Shown piece after piece: positions 26,398-44,896 of a stretch of DNA of 64,000 nucleotides. Both the position numbers and the translations under genes were made by a program. This DNA comes from Bugula neritina (Eukaryota > Animalia > Bryozoa): contig OZ037766.1 of NCBI GenBank assembly GCA_964035545.1, positions 4,640,722-4,704,721 on the forward strand, given 5' to 3'. Under the pieces are notes generated by a model. That model worked only from the letters and a program-made list of their open reading frames with translations. It searched no databases and was not told the DNA's origin. How positions within the stretch are numbered: position 1 is the first letter of the stretch; the number at the start of each line of letters is the position of its first letter.

Positions 26398-29300
26398 ATG
26401 GGGGACATAGTTGTAGGTGCTTCTTTATTTTTCTAAAGGTTGACTTAAAACTAAACTTAATTTTTCAATTTTATGTATTTCATTTGCTACTTTATGATGC
26501 ATTAGCTGTTTTACTTTATATTGATATTTTTAAATTACATCTATGAATACATTCTAATATTGCAATTCCTTAAATCAAAACTAAGTTCGGTTCATTGATA
26601 TTTATTTCAATCAGCACCATTTTTTAAAAAATTATTCAGTTTGTTAATATATTTTTGTATGCAAAAATTTTTAGAGTTATCTGTGAACATTTGAATTCTG
26701 TATTTAATTTATTAGTCACATGTCAAAACATTCAACTAACCAGTTGGTTTTCATATATAGTTTTATATTGCCAACACTCAACCATTTATTAAAACTGCTG
26801 TCTATTGATTACTTCTACCCTTTTACTAAAATTGACAAATACCTTGCATTTTTTAGATACCTGGTTTTTATTATGATAGAGAAAAGAGGCGTTATTTTAA
26901 AATTCAAGATAACCCTAGTGGCGGGCAGAACTGTTATACTACAGAGTCTATAAGAAAGCAACAATTAGCTATAAAGTTGGCAAATCTCAAAAAAGAAATC
27001 GACAAAAGAAATTTGAATAAGAATATCTCCTGTCGGCTCAATACTTTTCTCCATCTTGCCCAGCAATTTCAGCAATGTTAGTATATCGATATCAGCAATG
27101 TTAGTATGTTGTAGCTCTTTGCTGATGTCAGCATTATTGTACTTGTTTATGAATAATTTCTGCCATACCTGTAGCTTCACCACAAAATGAACTTAGAGTG
27201 TACTGGTTTCAAAAGAAATAATTTATTCTCTCTATTGACTACCGTAAGAGCTAACTAAAGAGGAGCAAGAAACAAAACAATCAAATTTTGACTCATTCTA
27301 CAGTGAAACATAAACCTTGTATCATTGTCTACTAGCGGTGTAGCTATATACTCTTTAATATTTATACTTTTCAATAGAACTAAACTTTGATTTGTTGGAT
27401 TGACTACTATAATTGACTGATTAAATTAGAACTCTTGGTGATTCAAAATGCATTACAACTCAAGCATTGTGCTGACTAGCTTTATTAGTTAAAAGCTTTT
27501 AGTTTTTAGATTATGATACTGAACTGAATTGTGAAGTTAAGTGTGCCATGCAACCTATGTGAGGTGTGTTTCTTTATAGTATCAATGGTAGCTTTGCTTT
27601 TTATAGGTGGGGAAATAACTCCAAATCAAATTCAAACCTTTGGCTTTACAAACATGAAGTGTGCAGTTTTAACTCAGTTCGAAACAGGGAAAGTATCAGT
27701 TGGCAACTCCATTCGCCTACATGATGGAAGAATATTACTAAAGTCATATGGTTCTTCCACAAATCAGCAAACACACCTCACCATATATGACCTTGACATA
27801 GAAAATTCACCTTCCTGTCCAAAACCTAAAGAATTGTTTATTTGTAAAAATTTCTACCTGGTAAGTAAGAATCCAATTACAACATAGATGGTATTGCAAC
27901 CAATTGAAAATTGTATAAGTAGGAAATAAAAGTTAATGTATTATCATGTAGTAATACTATATAAACAATGATGTGTAGTAATACAAAGGCAGTAATAGGT
28001 ATTGATAAACCGTAGTAATATATAGTTACATAAAGTAATGGGTGAACTAAAACAGACAGTTTAAATACTGTTCTATAGTGATTCAACGATGAAACTTCAT
28101 AGCTTTAGCTAATAGTAGACAGTTTAGGTTATTTAAATTATTTTAATGTCTATATTGAAGTTGTCCTATTATGTAAAAAGACTCGATGGCACAACTTCTC
28201 TGCTTATGACAATGTGTTGAAAGGATATGATCATTTTAAAATCATTAATATACACACTGGAGCAACTGTGGTATAGTGGTTAGAGCGATGACTTAGTAAA
28301 CACAAACTCAGTGGTTTGAGTCGTAACACCTAGAGTTTATGTAGCTTGAGTACTCAGTAGTCTACATACACTCTTCAGCTGCAATAATAACGATTCAATT
28401 TGTTGTTTTTCTTTTCTGATAACCACACTACATGTATCACAGGGTAGCAGGAATTGCATGACCGAACTACGGCCAGATGTTATTCTGGTCAGTGGACCTG
28501 GCGAGCCGGGTGATCCAGCTTCCTATTACAGCCACTCGTTCATGTGCATAAAAAAGCTAGTCTCCCCATCTACCAGCGAACAATATACGGTGTGTTGAAC
28601 TAAATAATTTTATCTATTTATTTTTTTAAAAATAAATATATGTCATTTTTCAAACCTCATAATAAAAATTCTCAGGTTATTATGAAATTGAAAATAATCA
28701 GCAATTGAGTAAATTAGACCATGTCTTACACAAGCAGTAATTCCACCAATTATTGATTGACTGATATTATTAATGAGTGTTTTAAGAGTTGTCTGTCCAA
28801 ATGTTTATATATGTAACTATTATGTACATAATTGTGTCACTATGTTTTTTATTTCTATCAGAATGTTAGGTGTGGCAGCCAGAAAGGCAGCATTATGGAT
28901 CTGATAACCCCGTCACTGCAGAGTGACAACGTTCTTTCTGCAATACTCAGGTGTTCTGGCCAAACATGCGTGTCCCTTCTGGATGGCACAACTCTCAGGT
29001 CTATCACCCAGAAGATTATTGCCAAGCGGAGTCGGAACCTCAAGCTAGCGGCCCATGTCTCTGTATGTTGAATCTTGGGCTATTGTATACTCTGCGTTGG
29101 GAAGTATTGAGTCCTCGGTGTTAGCTTCCCTTGAACTTTCTGTTGTCTGTGTATTCTCACAGAGCTGAACATTGCTATAGGCATTCAAACAGTGGTGTTG
29201 TCAGAATATTGTATAAATTAGGTGAACAAAATTGGGTTCGTCAATATTGATTGGATTATTCAGTATTTATTGAAAAGTATATAGACTTCCGTTATGTGAT

Positions 29301-30552
29301 ATTTATTGATAAATTTTACTGAAGCTAAGTTATATAGTTGATATGCTACTCCTCTATAAATGATTGCTAGTGTCTAATAATTTGGCTGATTTTTCAGGGA
29401 TACTCATAGGAATGGAAATTTGAACATACCAGAGTTTCATTACCTTTGACTTTCTAGTTGTAGATTTGTGTGCTTAGTTTCTGAGTTTTTGCTAAAAAAA
29501 ACCTTTTCATCAGCGATTCTAAACAAGGATGGCGATTATAAACCCTCGTGAGTTTCGTTCATGTCTTGTTGATGTTCATCATTTCTGAACATTCTAGAAT
29601 TCGGGTGTGGCATTTGCTGGTACAGACAAGGGTGAGCTGGTTGTAGTGGACTGCCGGGAGTCTGCTAGTCACCAGCCCTGCTATCAGTTCAGAGGACATC
29701 AACCCGAATGTATCCGCTCTCTTGTTGCCGTTCAAAATGAATACCATCTGGTGACGAGTCTTGCCAAAGGATCGGTAATCTCTCCTACATCCTGTTTGTA
29801 GACTAGTGTCATATTTTACGTCAAACTCTGTGTTAGGCTCGCACAAGTTTTAGCAATGCTATGAATATTGTAGCAACTATGTAGTGTTTATAATAATTCA
29901 GTTATAGTGTTAGTATTAGTTTTTCTTTATTTCAAAGGCATGGGTCGTGGTACTCTGTTTTGATAGAATTTCGATATGCTATAAATGTAACATAGGCCCA
30001 CACCTTTGCAATGGAAATTACTAATAGTTTTATTATATATAATGTGTGCATGTATATGGATGTATATACAACTTAATATGTGAAACTGTAACCTTCAGAA
30101 TGATTGGCAAAGTAAAATATTACCCTACTCATTTCTCGTGTTTGCAGAAGTGCCTGTTTGATACTCGAGTGCAAAAGGTTATAACCACTAATGAAGAAGT
30201 TGTTTCAGACATTGATTTAGATAGCTGTGTACTGAAGACTGATGAATTGAAGACATATATATCTGCATCATGTGAGTCACTTCAATACATATCTACATAT
30301 TATTGAATTAATACAGAATTCTACATTTTAATCTTCTTTAATCTGTATTCAAACCAAATATATTAATAATGCTTTTTGCTAGATCAAAGAGGTGGTTTTG
30401 TTCGAATTTGGGACTCGAGAAATCTACAGACGTGTCACATACTTGAGTTACCGGAATCAGTTGGTATGAACTACGTTTGTGAGATGACAACTCATTATGG
30501 TCACCTTAGTCTCATGACTGTTGATTCAGAATCTATTAAACTTCACAGTTGA
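26398..30552 (+). CDS. DCAF4: DDB1- and CUL4-associated factor 4-like (WDR21-like) WD40 protein
   Basis: Exons 26398-26412 (start tentative), 26857-27076 (IPGFYYDREKRRYFKI, the N-terminal DCAF4 motif), 27607-27860, 28443-28589, 28862-29062, 29598-29774, 30148-30271, 30383-30552. WDxR-like motifs VDCR, FDTR, WDSR. All phases are consistent. Confidence 0.8.
28258..28330 (+). mobile_element. SINE tRNA-like head fragment
   Basis: gcaactgtggtatagtggttagagcg..agtaaacacaaactcagtggtttgagtc resembles the 5' end of the SINE copies. Confidence 0.55.
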
Positions 30553-31013
30553 TGGTACTCAGTTCATGATTATATGTAATATAATCTGTAAATAAACTAG
30601 CTTTTAAATAGTATTTCACTAATGTGCTATTTTTGTATTTTGATTAATAATTTATTCTTATTTTGCCTACTTTTTATGTCATGCAGTTATATTGAATTGA
30701 CTATTGATTAGTTTTGTAGTTTTGAACATTGAAATACAATTGTTTTGGTACTATATAACTCCAACAACGTTTATTTAATGATATCCACATAAAAACTCAT
30801 CATTACGAAAACTTAATAATAGTTAAACCAAAGTAATAATCAAAAATTGTGGCGACAGGCTTCCAAGACAGCTAACTTTCTGCAGAGGGTTTCTGTCCTA
30901 GTCCAGGGCTTTTTGATTTCCTGAAACAAAATAGTGAACATATTTACATCTTCTTTGCTTCTTAAAATTTCAGCCGAAATTATTAGGAGCTGCAAACTCA
31001 AAATTCAACTTAC

Positions 31014-31630
31014 CTAGTATGGAAAATGTTGGCCATAATACCCACCGGTGTTGTAACCTTTGTTTCTTCCAAACACACTACCAAGGCCAAGTAAATGACC
31101 TCCTAGTCTTCCAGCAATACCACCATATCCACCGTAAGTGTTACCATAACGACGACCACCATGGCTGTCATACCTATTCCCTTGATGATAACTAGGTGCG
31201 GGAGCTGGTGCATATACTGGTGCTTGCGTAGGGGGTGCTGTTGGAACATCACTCATTGTACTGGTTGCAAAGTCTGTTGTCATGTCATAATGGCGTCTTC
31301 TAGGCCTACAATTGAAGCAATACAAAGTTGATACCTGCAATGGTGAATTAATTTCTTTCCTAAAACGTAGTTTGGCACATTGATATTATTGCAAGTCTAA
31401 ACCCATCTAAGTCATGTAATGATAATTACAAGCTTCCGTGTGGTAACTTATATTTATTGAAGTTTAAATTATACTTACTTGCCATATCTCCCTCTACTAT
31501 AGCGGTTGGGTCTTTTACCGTAGTTGTTCTGGGGACTGTACCCACCAGTATGTTGTCCACCACCATAACCACTAGCTGTCACCAATACAGCCATCACAGC
31601 AAATAACACTATACTGAGTGCCAACTTCAT
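31014..31630 (-). CDS. Secreted Gly/Tyr/Arg-rich orphan protein (147 aa)
   Basis: Exons 31630-31479 and 31305-31014 (phase 2). Signal peptide MKLALSIVLFAVMAVLVTA, then GYGGG..YGKR..RYG, a P/T/A linker and a GGYGG-rich C-terminus. Has its own TATA/Inr and a minus-strand AATAAA near 30771-30776. Confidence 0.85.
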
Positions 31631-31654
31631 TTTTCTCAACTTTTTTCTTCTCTA

Positions 31655-31815
31655 TCAAAATAAAAAGTGAACAATTGTAAAAAAATATTTTGCCCATCAA
31701 ATATAAAAAGTTGACAGTTGTAATAAAAAATTCATATCATACAGAAAAGTTAACATTTGTAAAAAAATATTTTGCATATCAAATAGAAAAGTTGACATAT
31801 ATAAAAAATATTTTT
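31655..31815. repeat. Degenerate ~42-bp tandem repeat in the 5'UTR intron of the Gly/Tyr gene
   Basis: Units atcaaa.a.aaaagtt.aca.ttgtaaaaaaatatt starting beside the acceptor near 31652. Confidence 0.7.
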
Positions 31816-31899
31816 CAAACTTAGCATTTATATGTAGATGAATTAAATCAATACAAGTATTTACCATCAGAAATGTTACTCTTACCTCTAGAGTGCGCT

Positions 31900-31935
31900 A
31901 CTGATGTTTGAAACTGTGGTTAGCAGCTTTTATAC
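31900..31935 (-). promoter_or_regulatory. TATA box plus initiator of the Gly/Tyr-rich gene
   Basis: TATAAAA at 31934-31928, 32 nt upstream of the A of TCAGT (31904-31900); short first exon with donor GTAAG at 31885. Confidence 0.75.
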
Positions 31936-33348
31936 CTTCTGAAACTCGATTAGGAAGATTAACATTTTTTACGGAGTTACGTTGAAAACTCTAGGTTGTC
32001 TAGAAAATTGAATAGTTATAATCTATTTGCCAGGTTACCACAACATAAAGATATTTTACTACCCACTTGACAATTTGGACTAGTTCAGTCATCAATTTAT
32101 GAAAGTAGAAACTCAACCAATTTTAAAAGGGATATATAAATCACTTGAGATTAAAGAAAGACTATAATTTATAAAATGCCTCCTCTAAGCCGCCTCATAT
32201 GTGGCCATTTATAGAAGGAATTAACTTTATTTTTAATCCAGCTTAATAATATTTTTAATTATTTTGTGGAAAGCTGTTTGATAGATTTCAAATAGTTGAC
32301 AGTCTTTTACTGGAGTAGCTGTCGTATTTCATATTATATTGGCAATGCTATCTCACTAAATGCCACTAATACAACATACTATTAGGTACTGCAGGTCAGC
32401 AAGAATGGTGATGAGTTTAAATTAGGTGGCTATAGTTAGAAATCGCCTGCTCAGTACTTTAAGTTTTTTTACTAATGAGTCCTGTTAGGGTATTACATTG
32501 GAGTGTAAAATTTGTACTTTTTGGGAAAAAACTCAGAAAGTAATGAGATGAATAATACTTTTTTCTATAATATTTTAGAATGATTCTACCATTTTAGTGC
32601 AAGTTGCTTGGAAAGGGTGGTTTTTAACAGGGCAACCCAATCCCACCTGAAGAAAAGTTTAACATCCTTGAAAAGCTTTAAAGTTTTGTGTACAATCTTA
32701 CAGTTTAATGCAATCTTCTGTTTTGAACTGGTTGCCTATACGTACAAAACAATTTTTTGATGACAGCCAAAAAGCTTTGATGTTTCATTATTCCGCAAAC
32801 TTGTATCTCTGATGCTAACAGTTATTCCTAATAACATTTTGATCAAGAGATTTACTTAGCAATAAATTGTGAATTAAAGAAAGTTAAAAGTTTCCGTACT
32901 AAAAATTAGATTCACCTTAGCATGAATAACACAACCTGCACTATAGTTAAAATGGCTTTTTCTTAAAAATGCTTTGCAGAAAAAATATAGTTGATAAGAA
33001 ATTCACAACATATTTTTGTTATATCATGGATTATAATCATAGATATCAATACTCTTATCTTTCTTGGCAAATTCACTGTTACTAACTTTGGCAAAAGCTA
33101 TGGCCTTGATAAATCTATGTTTCTCGTACTTACCTAGGAAAAAGTATAATACAAATCTATACAACTTTGTTATGTAGTGTAAATTAAGTTACTGCCTATA
33201 ATTATAGGGTAATGCAGCAAATATCTATTTTCAACCATTGCATCTATTACAAAAAGTATGCTATAAATTATATGTCAAAACGTTATATTTTCTCATCCTA
33301 AGTTTTGACTCTTCAATTATGTCTATTCATACTCTACACACAATCAAA

Positions 33349-33409
<61 letters not shown>

Positions 33410-33446
33410 CGCTGTTGCTGTTGCTGTTGTTGCTGTTGCTGCTGTT
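33349..33446. repeat. (CTGTTG)n microsatellite
   Basis: Direct hexamer run; explains the poly-L and poly-C ORFs. Confidence 0.97.
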
Positions 33447-36400
33447 ACACTAATTTAACTACTTCTAGTCATCGCACATCACGAATAACCACCCCACCAG
33501 GTGATCTACATTCAGCTCACATACTTTCTTATCATCATCTTTATCAGGTCATAGAAAGTTGAGTTCCAGTGTCTGTTAATATGGGATAAACTGCCAATGG
33601 GAGCTGGTTTTAAGCATAAGCTGAGGAGCTACTTAATGGCAAATTTATATTCTTTCAACAAAGACTGCTACTGACAGTTGACCATTCACAGCTTGTACAG
33701 TGCTATTTGACCACAGAGCTTGTCAACAATACTTTTCTGTTCCATCTATGTATGTTTTTGTTTTCACTTTAAACTAAACGTAGCAAAAAAAGCAAACTTC
33801 TGCAGATTAGATTCTTGCTGGTCTACGGGCAGAGATAAGGTACAGTTGTACATGCAGTTGTGATATTGTAATATTGAATAGATTGAATTTCTTAACCTCT
33901 ACCTTTTTACTGCATACATAATATAATATGGCAAAGTCAATTACATGCTTAATTTTGATATGGATATTTTTACTGCTTCGAATAGTTCTTAGGCGTAGGG
34001 TTCTCCAAGGAATTGCTACCAACCTTTGCTAAGTTATTAGTGAAACATAATATAATTATGCAGTTTTATTTATTTACTTGAAAGCTTCAATTTATTTGAT
34101 TATTTGTTTGTTGGCTCTAGACATTTCTTTAGCAAAAGGCTGCAGTACATGAAGGCACCATATTTCAGTGTCTTAAGTAATTCAGCGAAATTCTGTCATC
34201 TAATCAAAGAGGAAGTGCCTGTGGTTTCAAAATCGATTTCAATTTAATTTATATTTTCCAGCATATATTTTTCAGTACACATTATTAATTTCCGCCCCCA
34301 GAAGAATTTTGAAATGAAATGAATTTAGGATAATAACCCAAATGCTATCCCTATAAATTACCAAACCCATATGCCTAATGCTGTATATTTTTAGAAATAT
34401 AAGTGGAAAAGCTCTTATTAAAGTAATGGGGTGGATAATAACTCAGTAGCTGCTTATTTAAAGCCCCCATATATAATCTTTGGCGTGTGCCAACTGCCAG
34501 CTTTTTCAAGTTACTATATAAATCAAGATTTATAAAGCTTAATCCTAATTTATAGTTCTTTTAATCTCACATTTCAACTTATTTTTAATTTAATGAAACT
34601 CATTTGGATTAAAGTGAAATATTGGCACGTGCAGAAATTCCTTTGAAACATTTAAGATTGGTGAAAAGATTAAAGCTATCTAATGTTCTAGTGCAGGATG
34701 TAAGAAGTATCTCACTTCCTGTATATGGCAGCTTATAGCTTTGTTAGAAAAAGTTTTTATCTACCTCAACTTAAAATTCTGCTTTATAAGTAACAATCGT
34801 CAGTCAGATGTGTTTTATTATGCAACATCTCAGCAATGTTTTTACCTGATCTGGTTACTTGGATTTTAAAAAGTTTTAATTATAACAGACAACACTTACA
34901 TACTGCAAAGAGGGTGCAAAATGAGAAAACTGGTATTAAAGTTTAAGAATCTTTACTGATTCATGCTGTTTAGAATTTTCAAATTCTAGATGTCATAATC
35001 TTTGTTATACAGAATGGAAAATATTATTAGATTAAATCCAACTCTGCCTGATATTAGGTCATTGCTTTTTTTCTGGGTCAGATTACTGATAATTATATAA
35101 TATTATTATATAATCATATTATCGACCTTATTATATAACTATGTATCATATAACTATATATATTATCATATAGTTATATATATATATTATTATGTAATTA
35201 TATATTATTATATAATTATGTATTATATAACTTTGTATCATATATTTGTATATTATAGCAACCATCAAAAATTTATTCTACTACACAAGTTGTTCCATGT
35301 ATAAAAAACGCATCCTAGTAACACCATTTTGCAGTTAGAATAATTCTAAAATTCTAATGACTGAGTGGCACAATTCATGCACAGTACATGTTATAGATTT
35401 GATAATTAAACATAATTTAGTAACATAATGATGTTTCTGTGTGAATCTTTAAATACTAAGATGCTAGAATGGTTCTATTCGCTGATATCCATGAGCCAAT
35501 GGCTTTCAACTATCTCGGTTCAGATTTAGATTATATACTGCTTCATGTACTGCTCTGTGCAACTATAAATATTGTGCAACTATAGTATATTATTGCCTGC
35601 TTTTAAGCTGTCAAAACAAATATTTAGTCCCTAAGTTCAGCTTATGCTTGGTAGATAAATGGAACTTTTTTCTCAGAAGGATTAATCCTTAAAGTTGAGC
35701 TAAACTTCAAAAGCATTTACTTTTTAGAATCATATTTATTATTGATAACTACAATGCCAAGCTTTGAAGAAAACACCGTTCTCTAAAGACTAACTTTTTC
35801 TAATAACTGGTAATGTTAGCTGAACTCAAAAATGGCGGAAATACTAATATGGAGAATTTTTATATTTGCTGGCACAACAAAATATTGAACATCATATTAT
35901 GTAAAACAACAGCTACACATAGTTACCATATTTATTATACATCGCATAGAATCACTAAAGACTGGTAATGCATTCAATTCTGAACAGTTTCAATAAATAA
36001 ATTACAGGGCGCCTTCAGATTTGTTGTACTGAGAGATGCTTAGATTCTTTTATGGAATGAGTTTTGCTCAAAACTTCCGCATTAATTAGCAAAATTCAAT
36101 AATAGCTGAACTTATAGTAACGGCAAGATTTCTAAGTTGTCATTTTAATTTTTTTCTTCAATAGAATAAATTTACTTGGTACAAAACTGTCTTGTCCTTA
36201 GACAACTAGGCCTGCTCAACTTTTCACGGATAAGGTAATCTAAAAGCGCCCACTTTTTTATTTTATTTTTTAGGGTATCACAAATTGTTTTTTGAAATAA
36301 TGAAGTTTGCTTAATAATAAAAATAGCCGAGACATATAAAACAGTTAATGGTGCTTAAAATTGGGTCAGATGATGTTCTTTTACTTCTATTTAGACTAAA

Positions 36401-36682
36401 TTAGTTATATCATGGTAAATTCATCTTATCCTGGGAACAGCTAGAATTTCAGGGCTACAAAACTTTTATGTCTGGTTTTAAAAAGCTAAAAATAATACTT
36501 AAATAAAATCACATGAGTTTATAAACAATATGAAATGCAATGTAAAAGCAGTTTTCCTATCCAAAACCAAATGGTTTAGCATTGGGTCTGACCAGTTTAG
36601 AGACTTTACTACTCAAATCTACGTCATGCTAAGCTCTGTTCAAGTGCTGTTAACACAAGAATTTAACATTCCATCAAACTGT

Positions 36683-43109
<6,427 letters not shown>

Positions 43110-44804
43110 TATCTCGTAGTTCAACAGCTCGTTTCAATTTATTCAAGCAGAAATGCATAAGACTGATAACTGCAGAAGAGTTTCGTGTCTATACTTTGGA
43201 TGTCTCAGATTAAATATGCGGCATAAGAGTATATCTGCTGAAATGACAGCTAGTCTCTTACTGATGCGTATAGAATTCCAGTTAGTTAGTTCAATGTTCT
43301 ATATGGTATCATTGATTACCAAAGTTAACAAATTTAATCTGTCAGTCTCTAATATTCTTAAAGTTATTACCATAAAATAAATTTCATGATTATATAGTAG
43401 TTAGACCAGCAGTTTCTACTTAGCTTACAGTTTAATTAAAGTACTAGGGGAATAATCTGACTCTTATCTTGTTAGTAACTTAGTAGCTGCAACTTCAAAC
43501 ACAAACAAAGTATATGTTTTATTTCTTGCTGCCTAATATGGAAAAGTTAAGCCAATCTACAGAAGTTATTAAATTACTAACTCTCATAAAACTCAGGAAA
43601 CTAAATCACGGTAGCAGACCTAGTTTGCTTTCAAATTTATACTTCTTGAACATAAACTTTGATGACGAACTTATTTAATTAGATCTCCAACATGTTAAAA
43701 GTATTTTAACCCTAAAGGTTCTTATATATTATATGAGTAATTTAAACGTCTACAATAAGTTTTAGAGCTTTCATTAGACATTGCATAAATTCTGAAAGTG
43801 GTTTGCCCAGAACATTTTCTGAGAATAACCTGAAGGTATATAATTGGCTATAAACCAATTAGCACTCAGCCTTTATTTTATAAGTAAAAGTTATAACTTT
43901 TTTGTCATCTTTCAAAATATATTGGATTTGTGACCAACGTTTTACATGGCAGCTACTACTGACTATTATATGCTCAGTTTATTATATGAGCACTGGACAT
44001 CCATCTATGCAAACTTCTATAGACTATATAGCAGAAATTTAAGATTGAATTTGAAAAATTAAATTACTTATCCACATAAAAATAGCAGTTTTTATGCTTT
44101 TTTCAAAAATCATGTTTGTCGATTTGTTTATCAATAACTTGTAATCAATGATCACTCAAAATAAAATTTTCGGTTCAGTGCTTGTAATATTTTAATATAA
44201 AAACTGATGAATCCTGCAAAAGGTTAGGAGCTGTAGTGGAGAAATTGAGATAGCCTAAGTTCTTTAAATTTCTTTATAAAACTCGGTTTGGGACAAGGGT
44301 TGAACTTTTTGTGAGAACATAACTTCTTTTGCTACATTTCTAATTTGGAAAACAGGTGTTCCCAACTTCTCCATTACTGCACCTACCTCTCAAAAAGCAG
44401 ATAAACGTTAATTAAAAGAGATTGCATGCTGTGATAGCATTTTCAATTATATCCATATAGTCTTCTGATGTACAAAATAGTCATAAAGTAAATATACTAC
44501 ATATTAACCAATTATATGAAACAAATAATATTTGGTATAAAGATGCAGGGGGAGGGTTTGGTTAGCAGCTAAAATAAGGTTTAGAAGCGACTGTTTTAGT
44601 TACCTGTCAGATAAGAATACTAACACTTTATGAAAAATTATATATTATATTGTGCATAGTTGCGAGTAGAATTTATCATACTTTATTTGTAAAACAAATT
44701 ATTATACTGATATCATATTTTACTGTCATTCGAATACCTACATGTAATTGATGAAATATTATTTTACTAAATTCGAAGTTGCCTCCTACTTTCTGTCAAT
44801 TTGA

Positions 44805-44860
44805 ATAACCAATAGGAGAATAGAACTATTATCACGTGGTACGGTCGCAGCCATCTTCCT
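44805..44860 (+). promoter_or_regulatory. SAFB proximal promoter: CCAAT, E-box and YY1-type motif
   Basis: ccaat ~44809, tcacgtgg 44831-44838 and gccatctt 44850-44857, all within ~90 nt of ATG 44897. Confidence 0.55.
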
Positions 44861-44896
44861 TTTCCAACAAGTCCTCTTGCGCAAAGGTTGGCGAGG

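Noticed and set aside
28258-28330. Possible tRNA gene
   Set aside because: Degenerate B box, no complete cloverleaf, and it matches the SINE head.
31505-31573. Amidated neuropeptide (..NNY-GKR) precursor call
   Set aside because: Single site followed by Pro, which disfavours convertase cleavage, and no repeated peptide copies; the composition fits a structural protein better.
33238-33562. Poly-Leu and poly-Cys ORFs
   Set aside because: Artefact of the (CTGTTG)n repeat; no supporting gene structure.
32000-36600. Hidden gene between the Gly/Tyr gene and the opsin 3' end
   Set aside because: No recognisable coding exons or phase-consistent structure were found by eye.
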